A DNA stretch of 64,000 nucleotides from Candidatus Elulimicrobiales bacterium (GCA_034927475.1 JAYFPW010000002.1:193606-257605), one strand, 5' to 3'; positions 1 to 10,031 are shown, numbered from the stretch's first letter. The notes: generated by a model not told the origin, from the sequence alone. Made by a program: numbers and translations.

Positions 1-307
1 TAGCAATATTTGGATTGATTTTATTTTTTATAGCAAATTGTTCTGCCGGAAGTCCGAAAGCGTCCCAACCCATTGGATGAAGCACATTAAACCCTTGCAT
101 CTTTTTCATTCTAGAATAGACATCTGTCGCAATATATCCTTTTGGATGTCCCACATGAAGCCCTTCTCCAGATGGATATGGAAACATATCTAATATGTAA
201 AACTTTGGTTTTCCATTTTCAAAATCATTTGAAGTTGTATTAACTCCATTTTCTTTCCAATATTCCTGCCATTTTTTTTCAATTTCACTATAATTTAATT
301 TGCTCAT
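1..307 (-). CDS. leuS: Leucine--tRNA ligase, N-terminal part (runs off the window edge)
   Basis: Hand translation from ATG at 307: [21 protein letters not shown]...[20 protein letters not shown]...[19 protein letters not shown]; LeuRS HIGH region. Confidence 0.97.
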   Translation of the reverse strand, partial: MSKLNYSEIEKKWQEYWKENGVNTTSNDFENGKPKFYILDMFPYPSGEGLHVGHPKGYIATDVYSRMKKMQGFNVLHPMGWDAFGLPAEQFAIKNKINPNIA

Positions 308-369
308 AATTTTAATAAATAAAAGTATAATATAAATTATAATATACCAAATAGATTACCTTCTCGCAC

Positions 370-397
370 TTGACGAATTTTAATGGCGTTATATACT
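370..397 (+). promoter_or_regulatory. sigma70-type promoter of the 446 orphan
   Basis: TTGACG (370-375), 16-nt spacer, TATACT (392-397); AAGGAGG SD at 434-440 before ATG 446. Confidence 0.65.
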
Positions 398-445
398 TGA
401 ATTAGTTCTGGAGTTTAAAACTAAAAATTAAATAAGGAGGTAAAA

Positions 446-727
446 ATGAAAAACGATGCAGAAGATGAAAAAAAAGCTAGATGGATTTCAGCTATAAAGA
501 TTTCTGGATCAATGATGTTTGCAATTATTGTTGGTTTAATAATTGTGATATACGTCAGTGCGTTAGCATCAGAAAATTCTTTCTGGTATGAATTTGTTCT
601 TTTAAGAGAAAAATTGGGGATTTTAGGAAAATATCCAATAATCACCATTTTGTTGGTATTTATAATATCATTACTACTCATATATCGCGAGACCGAACAT
701 GTTGATAGTAATGATGAACAATTTTAA
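446..727 (+). CDS. Orphan small membrane protein (2 predicted TM segments)
   Basis: 93-aa ORF with two hydrophobic stretches, strong SD, own promoter and terminator. Confidence 0.7.
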   Translation: MKNDAEDEKKARWISAIKISGSMMFAIIVGLIIVIYVSALASENSFWYEFVLLREKLGILGKYPIITILLVFIISLLLIYRETEHVDSNDEQF

Positions 728-734
728 ATAAAAT

Positions 735-760
735 AGCGCTTTTCAGCGCTTTTTTTCTTT
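735..760 (+). terminator. Intrinsic terminator
   Basis: AGCGCT-tttc-AGCGCT hairpin followed by a T-run. Confidence 0.6.
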
Positions 761-811
761 TTGTTGACTTTTATGTTAAAATGTTATAAATTAATTTCTC
801 CGAATAAATCT

Positions 812-1219
812 ATGAAAAATCGACTTGAAGATCTTGCTTTAAAAGTGACCAAATGGGTTGGTTCTATTTGGTCTATTATTATTCACACTTTAGTGTTTAT
901 CTTTTTTATGGTTTTACTTTATCTTGGATACAATCCTGAGAGAGTAATGCTTATCTTAACGACTTTAGTCTCTCTAGAAGCAATTTATCTTGCCCTCTTT
1001 ATTCAAATGACAGTAAACAAACACTCTGAACATATTGCTGAGATTAGTGAAGACGTCGATGAGATTCAAGAAGATATTGATGATATTCAGGAAGATATCG
1101 AAGACATAAGTGAAGACGTCGATGAGATTCAAGAAGATATTGATGATATTCAGGAAGATATTGAAGAGCTAAATGAAGATGAAAATGAAAACGAGAATAA
1201 AGAAAAAATAGAAAATTAA
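812..1219 (+). CDS. DUF1003-like membrane protein with acidic heptad-repeat tail
   Basis: WVGS..SIIIHT and LTTLVSLEAIYLALFIQMTVN resemble DUF1003; ATG 812 preferred over TTG 761. Confidence 0.7.
   Translation: MKNRLEDLALKVTKWVGSIWSIIIHTLVFIFFMVLLYLGYNPERVMLILTTLVSLEAIYLALFIQMTVNKHSEHIAEISEDVDEIQEDIDDIQEDIEDISEDVDEIQEDIDDIQEDIEELNEDENENENKEKIEN
1046..1167 (+). repeat. Tandem duplication, period 63 bp (59 bp, 1 mismatch)
   Basis: agtgaagacgtcgatgagattcaagaagatattgatgatattcaggaagatat(c/t)gaaga at 1046-1104 and 1109-1167. Confidence 0.95.
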
Positions 1220-1221
1220 TA

Positions 1222-1545
1222 TTAAATATCAAATTTAAATAATACCCATTCTATAGCCGAAAGTACGAGAGCAAAAATTGCTGCTTGCCAAAATGAAGCG
1301 AAGACAAATCCTGGAGTAAAGTAAGAAACTAAAAGAAGTAAAAGCACATTTAGTATCAAATAAAATAAACCTAATGTTAAAAAATTAATAGGCCAAGTAA
1401 AAAATTTAATTACTGGTTTTACAACAGCATTCACCAAAACTAACAGCAAAGTGAAAATAAGCAACGCTAACCATCCAGAATAAGTTATTCCTACTAATTT
1501 AACAGACAAAAGCACCGCTAAAAAACTTAATATAAAATGAATCAT
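1222..1545 (-). CDS. YvlD / phage holin family 4-like membrane protein
   Basis: VNAVVKPVIKFFTWPINFLTLGLF...PGF.FASFWQAAIFALVLS signature, 4 TM. Confidence 0.85.
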   Translation of the reverse strand: MIHFILSFLAVLLSVKLVGITYSGWLALLIFTLLLVLVNAVVKPVIKFFTWPINFLTLGLFYLILNVLLLLLVSYFTPGFVFASFWQAAIFALVLSAIEWVLFKFDI

Positions 1546-1626
1546 AATTTAATTATTATATGTAAATTTTAACATAATTTACATTCTTTATGTTATACTT
1601 TTAACTAAGTTAATTATAATTAAAAT

Positions 1627-2421
1627 ATGAAAAATTTTTTTAAAAATCAGACTGCGGTAGCTATTTTATTTGGTGCACTTATTATAGCTTTAGGAATTAT
1701 AGGCTACGCTTTAATAAACAAAGATTCAAATTCTGGATCTGGATCTAAAAAAGACGTTTTAGATTCTATAATGAATGGAGATAAAATCTTCCAAGGGGCA
1801 GATTTTAAAGATAAAGAATACATTTTAGGAAATTCAAAAAATGATGTGACAGTTGTAGTTTATTCAGATTTTGAATGCCCTTTCTGTAAAATGCTTCACG
1901 AGAATGCGATTTTACAATTACAAGAAAAATATTCTACAGACAGCAAAGATATTTCAAAAGCAAAAATTGGTATAGTTTATAGACATTTCGCTCAAAGCTA
2001 TCACGAAAAAGCACCAATGGAAACTAATGCTGCTTTGTGTTCAAGAGAATTATACGGACAAAATGTTTATGCGAACTTTATAGATAGACTTTACAACTTA
2101 AACCCTGTAGATGGAACTTTTGATTTAGCGACTCTTCCAGATATTACAGAATACGCTGTAAAATTAGCCAAAGAGAAAAATCAGAGTGTTAAAAAAGATT
2201 TTGATAAATCTGAATTTACAAAATGTCTAAGTAGTGAGACTTATAATTCAGAGTTTTTAGAAAATATGCAAGACGCTGTCATCGCAGGACTTGAAGGTAC
2301 CCCTTATTCTGTTATTACATATAAAGATGGAAATGATCAAACCATTATTGCTAAAGTTTCTGGAGCAAAAGACGCTTCTTATTATGAAAAGATAATAGAT
2401 AAACTTTTATCTATTAAATAA
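1627..2421 (+). CDS. DsbA/thioredoxin-fold oxidoreductase with N-terminal membrane anchor
   Basis: YSDFECPFC active site and GTP cis-Pro loop. Confidence 0.9.
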   Translation: MKNFFKNQTAVAILFGALIIALGIIGYALINKDSNSGSGSKKDVLDSIMNGDKIFQGADFKDKEYILGNSKNDVTVVVYSDFECPFCKMLHENAILQLQEKYSTDSKDISKAKIGIVYRHFAQSYHEKAPMETNAALCSRELYGQNVYANFIDRLYNLNPVDGTFDLATLPDITEYAVKLAKEKNQSVKKDFDKSEFTKCLSSETYNSEFLENMQDAVIAGLEGTPYSVITYKDGNDQTIIAKVSGAKDASYYEKIIDKLLSIK

Positions 2422-2433
2422 GAAAGTGATTTT

Positions 2434-2465
2434 AAAAAACCAAATCTCTAGAGATTTGGTTTTTT
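2434..2465. terminator. Bidirectional terminator between convergent genes
   Basis: Perfect 32-bp palindrome AAAAAACCAAATCTCTAGAGATTTGGTTTTTT. Confidence 0.85.
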
Positions 2466-2472
2466 GTTTTAA

Positions 2473-2793
2473 TTAAATACCGAGTTGCATTCTAAGTTCT
2501 TCACTTGGCTCCCAAGGTTCACTAAAATCAAGCTCCACTTGTGCTTCTCCTAAATTTAGAGACTCTACTTTTAATTCTACATCCTCCACGATTTTATCCG
2601 CAAACGGACACATAATACTGGTTAAAGTCATAATAACCTTTATAGATTCATAAACTTTAAAATCTTCTAAATAATCCCCTATTTCAATTTTACGAATTAG
2701 TCCAAGAGAAACAATATCAATATTTAATTCCGGATCTTGAATTTCTTTTAAAGCTTCTAAAATCTGTTGTTCTATTTTTTCTTTTTCTAACAT
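2473..2793 (-). CDS. sufT: DUF59/SufT (MIP18) Fe-S assembly protein
   Basis: DPELNIDIVSLGLI and MTLTSIMCP motifs; suf context. Confidence 0.85.
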   Translation of the reverse strand: MLEKEKIEQQILEALKEIQDPELNIDIVSLGLIRKIEIGDYLEDFKVYESIKVIMTLTSIMCPFADKIVEDVELKVESLNLGEAQVELDFSEPWEPSEELRMQLGI

Positions 2794-3482
2794 AATTTTA
2801 ATTTAGTATCTTTCATCTCATAGAATCTATCTATTTTTATAAGGTCTTCAATATTTTCTCTATGAGAAATTAAACAAAAAGCTGTGCCGGTATCTTTAAA
2901 ATCTTGAATAATTTTGAAGACTTTTTTAACAGAAACTTTATCAACTCCAGAATCAATTTCATCCATAAAAACAAAATTTGGTTTCAAAGCAAAAAGATGA
3001 AGCATTTCCGCTTGTTTCTTTTCTCCACCAGAGAATCCGACATTTAAATCTCTTTTCAAGAAATTTTCATCAATTTCATATTTTTGACAAAAATTTATAA
3101 TCTCTTTATTAAAATCTAAAATAGAAAGTTTGTTTTCTTCAGAAATATTTTTATAAGATCTATATAAAAATTGTAAAAGATTTACCCCTTCAATTTCTGG
3201 AACATGTTGCAAAGAAAAATAAAGACCTTCTTTAGCCATTTCAAAAGTTTTAGCTTCTGTTAAGTCTATTTTTTCACTATTCTTTTCTAGAATAATTTTT
3301 CCTTTTTGTATTTCAAAATTTGGATGTTTAAAAATAGCTGAAAGTAAAGAAGATTTTCCAGAGCCGTTTTCTCCGATAATAGAAATAACTTCACCTTTTT
3401 TTAATTCAAAGCTAGCGTCATCAATTATTTCTTTACCATTATCAACAATTTTTATTTTTAAATCTTTTATTTTTAATTTCAT
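2787..3482 (-). CDS. sufC: Fe-S cluster assembly ATPase SufC
   Basis: GENGSGKS Walker A, LNVGFSGGEKK, DEIDSGVD; likely start ATG 3482. Confidence 0.9.
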   Translation of the reverse strand: MKLKIKDLKIKIVDNGKEIIDDASFELKKGEVISIIGENGSGKSSLLSAIFKHPNFEIQKGKIILEKNSEKIDLTEAKTFEMAKEGLYFSLQHVPEIEGVNLLQFLYRSYKNISEENKLSILDFNKEIINFCQKYEIDENFLKRDLNVGFSGGEKKQAEMLHLFALKPNFVFMDEIDSGVDKVSVKKVFKIIQDFKDTGTAFCLISHRENIEDLIKIDRFYEMKDTKLKLC

Positions 3483-3484
3483 AA

Positions 3485-3883
3485 TTATTTTATTTTTCTT
3501 AAAACATCGGTTAAACATCTATAAGAAAGTAATGCGCAATTTACACGAGAAGGAGAAATTTGAACTCCTAAAAGTTCGTAAATATTTGCCGGTGTCCAAA
3601 GTTTCAAATCTTGAATTTGTAGTTTATCATTTTTGATTTTTTCTGTCATTAAACTCATTCCAGCTTGAGAAAGGGCACAACCATTTCCAGCCCAAGAAAC
3701 ATTTTTTATCTTTTCATCTTCAATATCTAAAAAAAGTTCAGCTCTGTCTCCACAGTCAGCATTATTTCCCAAACCTAAACAAAATTCACATTCTGTCTCA
3801 ATAGCTTCCACTTTATTTTTTGGATTTCTAGAATGTTCTAAAATATTTTCTGAATATAAATTTTCTAAATAATTTGAGTCCAT
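3485..3883 (-). CDS. sufU: SufU/IscU-type scaffold or sulfur transferase
   Basis: Y.ENILEHSRNPKN, CGD, GCALSQA, RVNCALL; likely start ATG 3883. Confidence 0.9.
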   Translation of the reverse strand: MDSNYLENLYSENILEHSRNPKNKVEAIETECEFCLGLGNNADCGDRAELFLDIEDEKIKNVSWAGNGCALSQAGMSLMTEKIKNDKLQIQDLKLWTPANIYELLGVQISPSRVNCALLSYRCLTDVLRKIK

Positions 3884-3887
3884 ATTT

Positions 3888-5165
3888 TTATCTATTAAAC
3901 ACTTTTCCGATTTTAAGTAAAGAATTTGTAAGAACATCAACATCTTCTTTGGAGTTATAAATATGAAAAGATACTCTAGCAAAACCATTTTTAGTTCCCA
4001 GATAATTAACTAATGGCTCCGCACAATGATGTCCTGCTCGTACAGCCACATTGTCCCCCGCCAGAACTTCCGCTACATCGTGAGGATGAATTTCCTTTCC
4101 ATTCACAAAAACTTGCATAGAAACGGTTCCAGAATTATTTTCTGGTAAAGCTGCAAAAGGTTTTATTTCTAAAATATTTTTATTTTGAGAATTAATCTCA
4201 GAAATTTTATTCAAAAAATATTCTACTAATTTTTGAGAATGAGATAAACTTTCTAAACTAATTTCATTCAAAAAATCAACCGCTTCCCCTGCTCCGATAA
4301 TTCCTGCAATATTTGGAGTTCCAGCTTCAAAAACTTTCGCATCACTTCTAAAATCTGTTTTTTCTCTTTCTACGTGAGAAACAATACCTCCTCCAAGAAT
4401 TGTTGGATTCATTTGGCGAGAAATTTCTCTTTTAAGCCAAAGTACTCCCACTCCTGTAGGACCAAAAGCTTTATGAAAAGAAAAATATGCTGCGTCAATA
4501 TATTTTTCCATTTCGTTCATATTTATAGGAAAATGGCCAAAACCAGCTGTCATATCACAAATCACAAAGACTTTATCGTTCTTCTTTTTTATTTCTCTAA
4601 CAATTTCTTTTATATTGTTGATAGTTCCTAAAACGTTGGAAGCTAAAGTTATAGAGACTATTTTGGTCTTTTCAGAAACTAAATTTTCTAAATTAGAAAT
4701 ATCTAAATTGAAATCAGAATCTAATTCTAGAAAAACTAATTCCATTTTTTTATTTTTAGCTAATTTTTGTAAAGGTAAAAGAGAAGAATGATGCTCCATA
4801 ATAGTAGTCAAAATCTCATCTCCTTCGTCTAAAAAAGGAAATTCATCGTCGTGAAGAGAAATTAAATCTATTAACAGATTGCTGGAAGCCGTCGCTCCCG
4901 AAGTCCAAATGATTTCTTCTTCGCGAGAGTTTAAATATTTAGCCAATTTTTCTCTAGACTTTTCAAATTCATTTGTGGCCTTTTCCGCAATTTTTGAACT
5001 AGCCCGATTTACATTACTTCTATAATTAGAATAATATTCATTCATCTTAGACAAAACACTCTTCGGAGTTAAAGAAGTAGCTGCTGAATCTAAATAAATT
5101 AAATCTTTTCCATATTCATTTTTATAATTTTCAAAAATCTGAAATTCTTTTTTAATTTCATTCAT
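3888..5165 (-). CDS. sufS: Cysteine desulfurase, group II
   Basis: YLDSAATS, MEHHS, HK PLP lysine, FEAGTPN, RAGHHCA. Confidence 0.95.
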   Translation of the reverse strand: MNEIKKEFQIFENYKNEYGKDLIYLDSAATSLTPKSVLSKMNEYYSNYRSNVNRASSKIAEKATNEFEKSREKLAKYLNSREEEIIWTSGATASSNLLIDLISLHDDEFPFLDEGDEILTTIMEHHSSLLPLQKLAKNKKMELVFLELDSDFNLDISNLENLVSEKTKIVSITLASNVLGTINNIKEIVREIKKKNDKVFVICDMTAGFGHFPINMNEMEKYIDAAYFSFHKAFGPTGVGVLWLKREISRQMNPTILGGGIVSHVEREKTDFRSDAKVFEAGTPNIAGIIGAGEAVDFLNEISLESLSHSQKLVEYFLNKISEINSQNKNILEIKPFAALPENNSGTVSMQVFVNGKEIHPHDVAEVLAGDNVAVRAGHHCAEPLVNYLGTKNGFARVSFHIYNSKEDVDVLTNSLLKIGKVFNR

Positions 5166-5189
5166 AAAGCAATTATACCTTAAAGTCTT

Positions 5190-5576
5190 TTAGTTAAAAA
5201 GTATTTCTTTTACTTCTTCAAGAGAGAGCTTATTCTCTTTTTCTATAGTTAAACTTATATCATCAATAAGTGGAACAAGATGAACATGCACATGAGGAAC
5301 TTGTAAACCTTCCACAATCATCGCCACTTTAGAAAAGTGTAATTTTCCTTTTAATTTTTCTGTAAGAAGTTCAGCTATCTTTTTAGAAACAGACATTAAT
5401 TCAACATATTCTTCTTCAGTTAAATCAAAAATATAATCAGTCTCTTTTTTTGGAATAACCAAAACATGTCCATCCCGAATAGGGTTGATGTCTAAGATTA
5501 CAATATATTTTTCATCTTCAAAAAGAATATCTGACGGAATTTCTCTATTTATAATCTTGGTAAAGACAGAAGACAT
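5190..5576 (-). CDS. HIT family nucleotide hydrolase
   Basis: HVHVHL histidine triad, GHVLVIPK. Confidence 0.95.
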   Translation of the reverse strand: MSSVFTKIINREIPSDILFEDEKYIVILDINPIRDGHVLVIPKKETDYIFDLTEEEYVELMSVSKKIAELLTEKLKGKLHFSKVAMIVEGLQVPHVHVHLVPLIDDISLTIEKENKLSLEEVKEILFN

Positions 5577-5581
5577 AATAA

Positions 5582-6130
5582 CTATTCCGCAACAACTATC
5601 TTTCCAACAAAAGCTTCTTCTCCACGAATAGAAACTGTTCCTTCACCTTGATGCTCCCAAAGTTCAACTTCTCCATCAGCTGATAAATATCTTGCTCCAG
5701 ATCCAGAAACAGCATGATTCAATTCTAAATTGTTCATATATAGATCAAGTGAACTGATATATGCCTTGTCTGTCTTTAAGTTATAACTTGCAAAAACTTC
5801 AGTTCCAGAAGCATTTTTATAAACTACAGAACTTAAAACCCCTTCTAAATTACAAGTATTTCTAAAAAGTGCAGTTTCGTCACAAGTTTTACCCTCTCCA
5901 AAATTACAAATACCTCCCTGACTACCGTCTGCATTAGTAACAATTTCTGAAATTCCTCCATTTCTTACACAAAACTCAGAAGCTGGATTTGCTAAACCAA
6001 CATTTTGTGTTTGATCGTTTGTATTGTTAACAACTTTGTTTTCTTGAGGTTTTTTAGTTGAAAGCCAGTAAACTGCAAAGATGATGATTAATGCTAATAA
6101 TATATATAAAATTTTTGATGATTTTTTCAT
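5582..6130 (-). CDS. Membrane-anchored DUF333 + MliC-like lysozyme-inhibitor domain protein
   Basis: N-terminal TM; LANPASEFC..NGG (DUF333); AVSGSGARY...LWEHQGE (MliC/PliC motif). Confidence 0.75.
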   Translation of the reverse strand: MKKSSKILYILLALIIIFAVYWLSTKKPQENKVVNNTNDQTQNVGLANPASEFCVRNGGISEIVTNADGSQGGICNFGEGKTCDETALFRNTCNLEGVLSSVVYKNASGTEVFASYNLKTDKAYISSLDLYMNNLELNHAVSGSGARYLSADGEVELWEHQGEGTVSIRGEEAFVGKIVVAE

Positions 6131-6248
6131 AAGTTTTTTTGAAAATTAATATTTTTATAAGATAAAAACATAATAACATAACATAATAAAAATTAATAAT
6201 TTAATCAAAATAAAAACACTATTTCTAGTGTTTCTATTTTAGATTTTG

Positions 6249-6332
6249 TGCGCCGAGTTGGATTTGAACCAACGTAGCCCGAAGGGCGACAGATTTACAG
6301 TCTGTTGTAATTGACCGCTCTACCATCGACGC
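6249..6332 (-). tRNA. tRNA-Tyr(GTA)
   Basis: GCGTCGATGGTAGAGCGGTCAATTACAACAGACTGTAAATCTGTCGCCCTTCGGGCTACGTTGGTTCAAATCCAACTCGGCGCA; long variable arm, CCA not encoded. Confidence 0.95.
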
Positions 6333-6420
6333 ATACTGAAAATTGAATTCAGAAGAATAAAATTTTCAGTTCAATAATTATAACACATTATCATCAAAAT
6401 ACAAAGATAGATTTGTATTT

Positions 6421-6927
6421 TTAATTAGCTAAATTAGCACATCCTTTATATTCTTTTTCAGAGTGAAAATCTAAAGAAACCGCTAAATTATTGGCTCTTC
6501 CAGCATCATCCATACATTCTTTCTTTTCAAAAAAGATAATAATATTTTTGGTTGTTGAAGAAATTGAACCGTCAGCATTTAAAAGACTAACATCCCCACG
6601 ATATTGAAATTCATTAGAATAATCTTCTTGCCAAGTTTTTCCAACTAACCCATACCAAGTTGTTGAACCATAGTCCAAAGAAAGATTAATCATAGCTAAA
6701 GGAGCGTCAGCATTATCTCCTTTTATTTGAAAACTCCAACCAGGCTCATTTCCAGTACCGCTTACTATTAGATTATCTGCCTTAACTTCCTCTAATTGGC
6801 TGGCATTTTTATTGTCAGTATTAGGAGATGAAAGATATTTATTAAAAACTCCAGCCTTATAAATAATAAATAAAACTACAAGAACTATAACCACCCACCA
6901 ATACCATTTAATTTTTTTATTCTCCAT
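6421..6927 (-). CDS. Membrane-anchored COG3650-like protein
   Basis: N-terminal TM, GNEPGW motif, C.D and terminal YKGCA. Confidence 0.65.
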   Translation of the reverse strand: MENKKIKWYWWVVIVLVVLFIIYKAGVFNKYLSSPNTDNKNASQLEEVKADNLIVSGTGNEPGWSFQIKGDNADAPLAMINLSLDYGSTTWYGLVGKTWQEDYSNEFQYRGDVSLLNADGSISSTTKNIIIFFEKKECMDDAGRANNLAVSLDFHSEKEYKGCANLAN

Positions 6928-7011
6928 ATAGATATTTTTTAATTTTAATTATTTTAATAAGTTATTCGTAGGTAACTATAGCACAAAAAATAATTTATAT
7001 AAAAAATTACA

Positions 7012-9669
7012 CTATTTTTTCAAAACTTTCTTCAAATAATATCCTGTATGAGAATTTTTCTCATTAGCCACATACTCTGGAGTGCCTTGAGCTACTATTT
7101 TTCCGCCTCCACTTCCTCCTTCTGGGCCAATATCAATAACATGATCGGCATTTTTTATAATATCTAAATTGTGCTCAATGACTACCACAGTATTTCCTTG
7201 ATTTACTAATTTATTTAAGATTTCTAAAAGATTTTTAACATCTTCATAATGAAGACCAATAGATGGCTCATCTAAAAGATAGATTGTCTTTTCTGTATGT
7301 CTACGATATAGCTCGCTAGAGATTTTTACCCTCTGAGCTTCTCCTCCAGATAAAGTAGTAGCACTTTGTCCCAATTCCAAATAACCAAGTCCTACATCAT
7401 CAAGAGATTTCAATCTGTCATAAATAGCTGGAATAGCTTCAAAAAACTTTATACCTTCTTCTACAGTCATCTTTAAAATATCAAAAATATTTTTATTTTT
7501 ATATTTAACCTCTAAAGTTTCTTTTGTGAATCTTTTTCCGTTACAAACATCACAAGTGACATAAACTGTCGGCAAAAAGTGCATTTCAACAGCTATTTCC
7601 CCATTCCCTTCACAAGCTTCACATCTTCCACCAGCTCTATTAAAAGAAAATCTGGAAGCATTCCAACCGCGAATCCTAGCTTCTTCGGTATTAGCGAAAA
7701 GATCACGAATATGGGTCCAAGCTCCTGTATAGGTAGCTGGATTGCTTCTTGGAGTTCTTCCAATTGGAGACTGATCGATTAGAATTGTTCTAGACAAATA
7801 TTCTGTACCAGTTACTTCGTCACAATTATAAACTTTAGCTGTTCTATATTTTCTCTCAAGTCTAGCTAAAAGATTTTTATATAAAATCTCATACATAAAG
7901 CTAGATTTTCCAGATCCAGAAACTCCAGTAATAACATTAAACTTTCCGAGCGGAACTTTCACATTCATATTTTTAATATTAAATATGTGTCCATTCTTAA
8001 TAGAAATAAAAGCCCCATTTCCTTCTCTTCTTTTTTTAGGAGTCTCAATTTCTTTTTCACCACGCAAATAAGCAAGTGTGGTCGATTTTGATTTGTTAGT
8101 TTTAGCTGTTAATAAATCCTCTAAATAATCAGCTACAATAATTTCCCCACCATGCACACCAGCTTTTGGACCAATATCTATCATATAGTCACTAGCAAAA
8201 ATTGTGTCTTCATCATGCTCCACCACAATAATAGTATTTCCCATATCACGAAGCTCTGTCAAAGTTTTAATAAGTTTATCATTATCTCTTTGATGAAGAC
8301 CAATGGTCGGCTCATCTAAAACATACAAAGCACCTACAAGTTTACTTCCAAGCTGAGAAGCTAAACGAATTCTTTGCGCTTCACCACCAGATAAAGTATC
8401 TGCTTTTCTATCTAAACTTAAATAAGTCAGTCCTACATTCAACATAAATTCAAGCCTCGACTCTATTTCATTAATCATCACACTTGCTATTTCAAGATCT
8501 TTTTTAGAAATTACATTTTTTAAATTTTCAAAATATTTTTCAGCTTCTTCTATAGTGAGAGCTGTTATATCTACGATATTTTTTCTATCCGCTTTATTTT
8601 TATCATTTAAGAAAATATTTAAAGCTTCTTTACGAAGTCTTTTTCCGCCACAATCTTCACATTCATCTAAAGCTCCAAAATATTTAGTTCCAAGCCCATT
8701 ACAGGTTTGGCATGCTCCATAAGGAGAATTAAAAGAAAAAAGTCTTGGTTCTATTTCTGGAAAAGAGAATCCACAATTTGCACAAGCAAATTTATTACTC
8801 ATAACAAATCTTTCTTTTTCCCCTTCTTCATTCATCATCTCAATCTCCACTAAACCTTCCGCTCCATCTAAAGCTCTTTCAATAGATTCTGAAAGACGCA
8901 CCATAGCATCTTTTTTACTAGCTAAAAGTTTTAATTCATCAATCAATATAAAATCCACCACAAAAGAAATATCGTGTTTTTTCGTTTTACTCATTTCAAT
9001 TCTTTCTCTCAAACTTTTTGTAACACCATCAACCACTACCTCCTTGTAGCCTTTTCCGAGCATGTCATACATAAGTTGATAATATTCACCTTTTCGTCCA
9101 CGCACAACAGGAGCTAAAATTCGCACACCTAAATCTGAAAATTTTACCCCTTGAATACTTTTAACTTCTTTTTCAAATTTTCTATAATCTATCTTTTTAA
9201 CTTTATCTAAAATAAAATTAATAATTTCATCATTAGAAAGCTTTTCAATTTTGCTTCCACATTCTATACAGTATGGTTTTCCGATTCTGGCATATAAAAC
9301 TCTTAAATAATCATAAATCTCTGTAATTGTCGCGACAGTAGAGCGAGGATTTCTACCGGCAGATTTTTGATCAATAGAAATAGCGGGAGAAAGACCGATG
9401 ATTTCATCTACATCTGGCTTTTGCATTTGGTTCAAAAAATGTCGTGCATAAGCTGAAAGACTTTCCACATATCTTCTTTGTCCTTCGGCAAAGATAGTGT
9501 CAAAAGCTAGAGAGGATTTTCCACTTCCTGAAAGTCCAGTAAAAACAACCAATTTATTTCTTGGCATTTCTACAGAGACATTTTTTAAATTATGAGTCCT
9601 TGCACCCTTAACTATAATTTTGTCTTGTTCTTCTCTCTTTTTATTATTAGGTGAAATATTTTTAACCAT
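7012..9669 (-). CDS. uvrA: Excinuclease ABC subunit A
   Basis: Two ABC ATPase cassettes ([24 protein letters not shown] twice) and Zn fingers. Confidence 0.98.
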   Translation of the reverse strand: MVKNISPNNKKREEQDKIIVKGARTHNLKNVSVEMPRNKLVVFTGLSGSGKSSLAFDTIFAEGQRRYVESLSAYARHFLNQMQKPDVDEIIGLSPAISIDQKSAGRNPRSTVATITEIYDYLRVLYARIGKPYCIECGSKIEKLSNDEIINFILDKVKKIDYRKFEKEVKSIQGVKFSDLGVRILAPVVRGRKGEYYQLMYDMLGKGYKEVVVDGVTKSLRERIEMSKTKKHDISFVVDFILIDELKLLASKKDAMVRLSESIERALDGAEGLVEIEMMNEEGEKERFVMSNKFACANCGFSFPEIEPRLFSFNSPYGACQTCNGLGTKYFGALDECEDCGGKRLRKEALNIFLNDKNKADRKNIVDITALTIEEAEKYFENLKNVISKKDLEIASVMINEIESRLEFMLNVGLTYLSLDRKADTLSGGEAQRIRLASQLGSKLVGALYVLDEPTIGLHQRDNDKLIKTLTELRDMGNTIIVVEHDEDTIFASDYMIDIGPKAGVHGGEIIVADYLEDLLTAKTNKSKSTTLAYLRGEKEIETPKKRREGNGAFISIKNGHIFNIKNMNVKVPLGKFNVITGVSGSGKSSFMYEILYKNLLARLERKYRTAKVYNCDEVTGTEYLSRTILIDQSPIGRTPRSNPATYTGAWTHIRDLFANTEEARIRGWNASRFSFNRAGGRCEACEGNGEIAVEMHFLPTVYVTCDVCNGKRFTKETLEVKYKNKNIFDILKMTVEEGIKFFEAIPAIYDRLKSLDDVGLGYLELGQSATTLSGGEAQRVKISSELYRRHTEKTIYLLDEPSIGLHYEDVKNLLEILNKLVNQGNTVVVIEHNLDIIKNADHVIDIGPEGGSGGGKIVAQGTPEYVANEKNSHTGYYLKKVLKK

Positions 9670-9751
9670 TCTATTATTCTAGCATTTAATATATCTTTTG
9701 AAAATCTGTATCTAAACGACTCTCTTTCTTGTATATTCTGAATAAATAATA

Positions 9752-9813
9752 TTGACAAAAGACTATATTATAGTATAATGAAATAAGTTGTAAATTTTAA
9801 ATTTAAAAGGAGG
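9752..9813 (+). promoter_or_regulatory. sigma70 promoter and SD of the 9821 orphan
   Basis: TTGACA (9752-9757), 16 nt, TATAAT (9774-9779); AAGGAGG (9807-9813). Confidence 0.8.
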
Positions 9814-9820
9814 CCCAAAT

Positions 9821-9976
9821 ATGTTTAAAAAAATTAACGCCATCCGGAGGGCTTTAATAGACTCCAGAAAATGCAAAGACTGGCAGATTGCCAGAGAAAG
9901 ATTTAAACAGGCTCCTAAAAAAAGCCTAGAGGAATTGGTATGGCATAATAAGTTTGTAAACTTATGCCGCTTCTAA
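9821..9976 (+). CDS. Small basic orphan protein, 51 aa (not in ORF track)
   Basis: MFKKINAIRRALIDSRKCKDWQIARERFKQAPKKSLEELVWHNKFVNLCRF; consensus promoter, SD and terminator. Confidence 0.75.
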   Translation: MFKKINAIRRALIDSRKCKDWQIARERFKQAPKKSLEELVWHNKFVNLCRF

Positions 9977-9981
9977 AAAAC

Positions 9982-10020
9982 AAAAACCTTTACAGATTCG
10001 GTCTGTAAAGGTTTTTTATT
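9982..10020. terminator. Bidirectional intrinsic terminator
   Basis: AAAAACCTTTACAGA-ttcgg-TCTGTAAAGGTTTTT. Confidence 0.85.
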
Positions 10021-10031
10021 TTTATAATTTA

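Noticed and set aside
1046-1167. Possible CRISPR-like repeat
   Set aside because: Two in-frame tandem copies inside a CDS, no spacers, and no cas genes.
1222-1545. Prophage indicated by a holin-family gene
   Set aside because: This YvlD-type family is commonly chromosomal, and there are no other phage genes or integrase.
9670-9750. LexA/SOS box upstream of uvrA
   Set aside because: No CTGT-N8-ACAG or GAAC-N4-GTTC match is visible.
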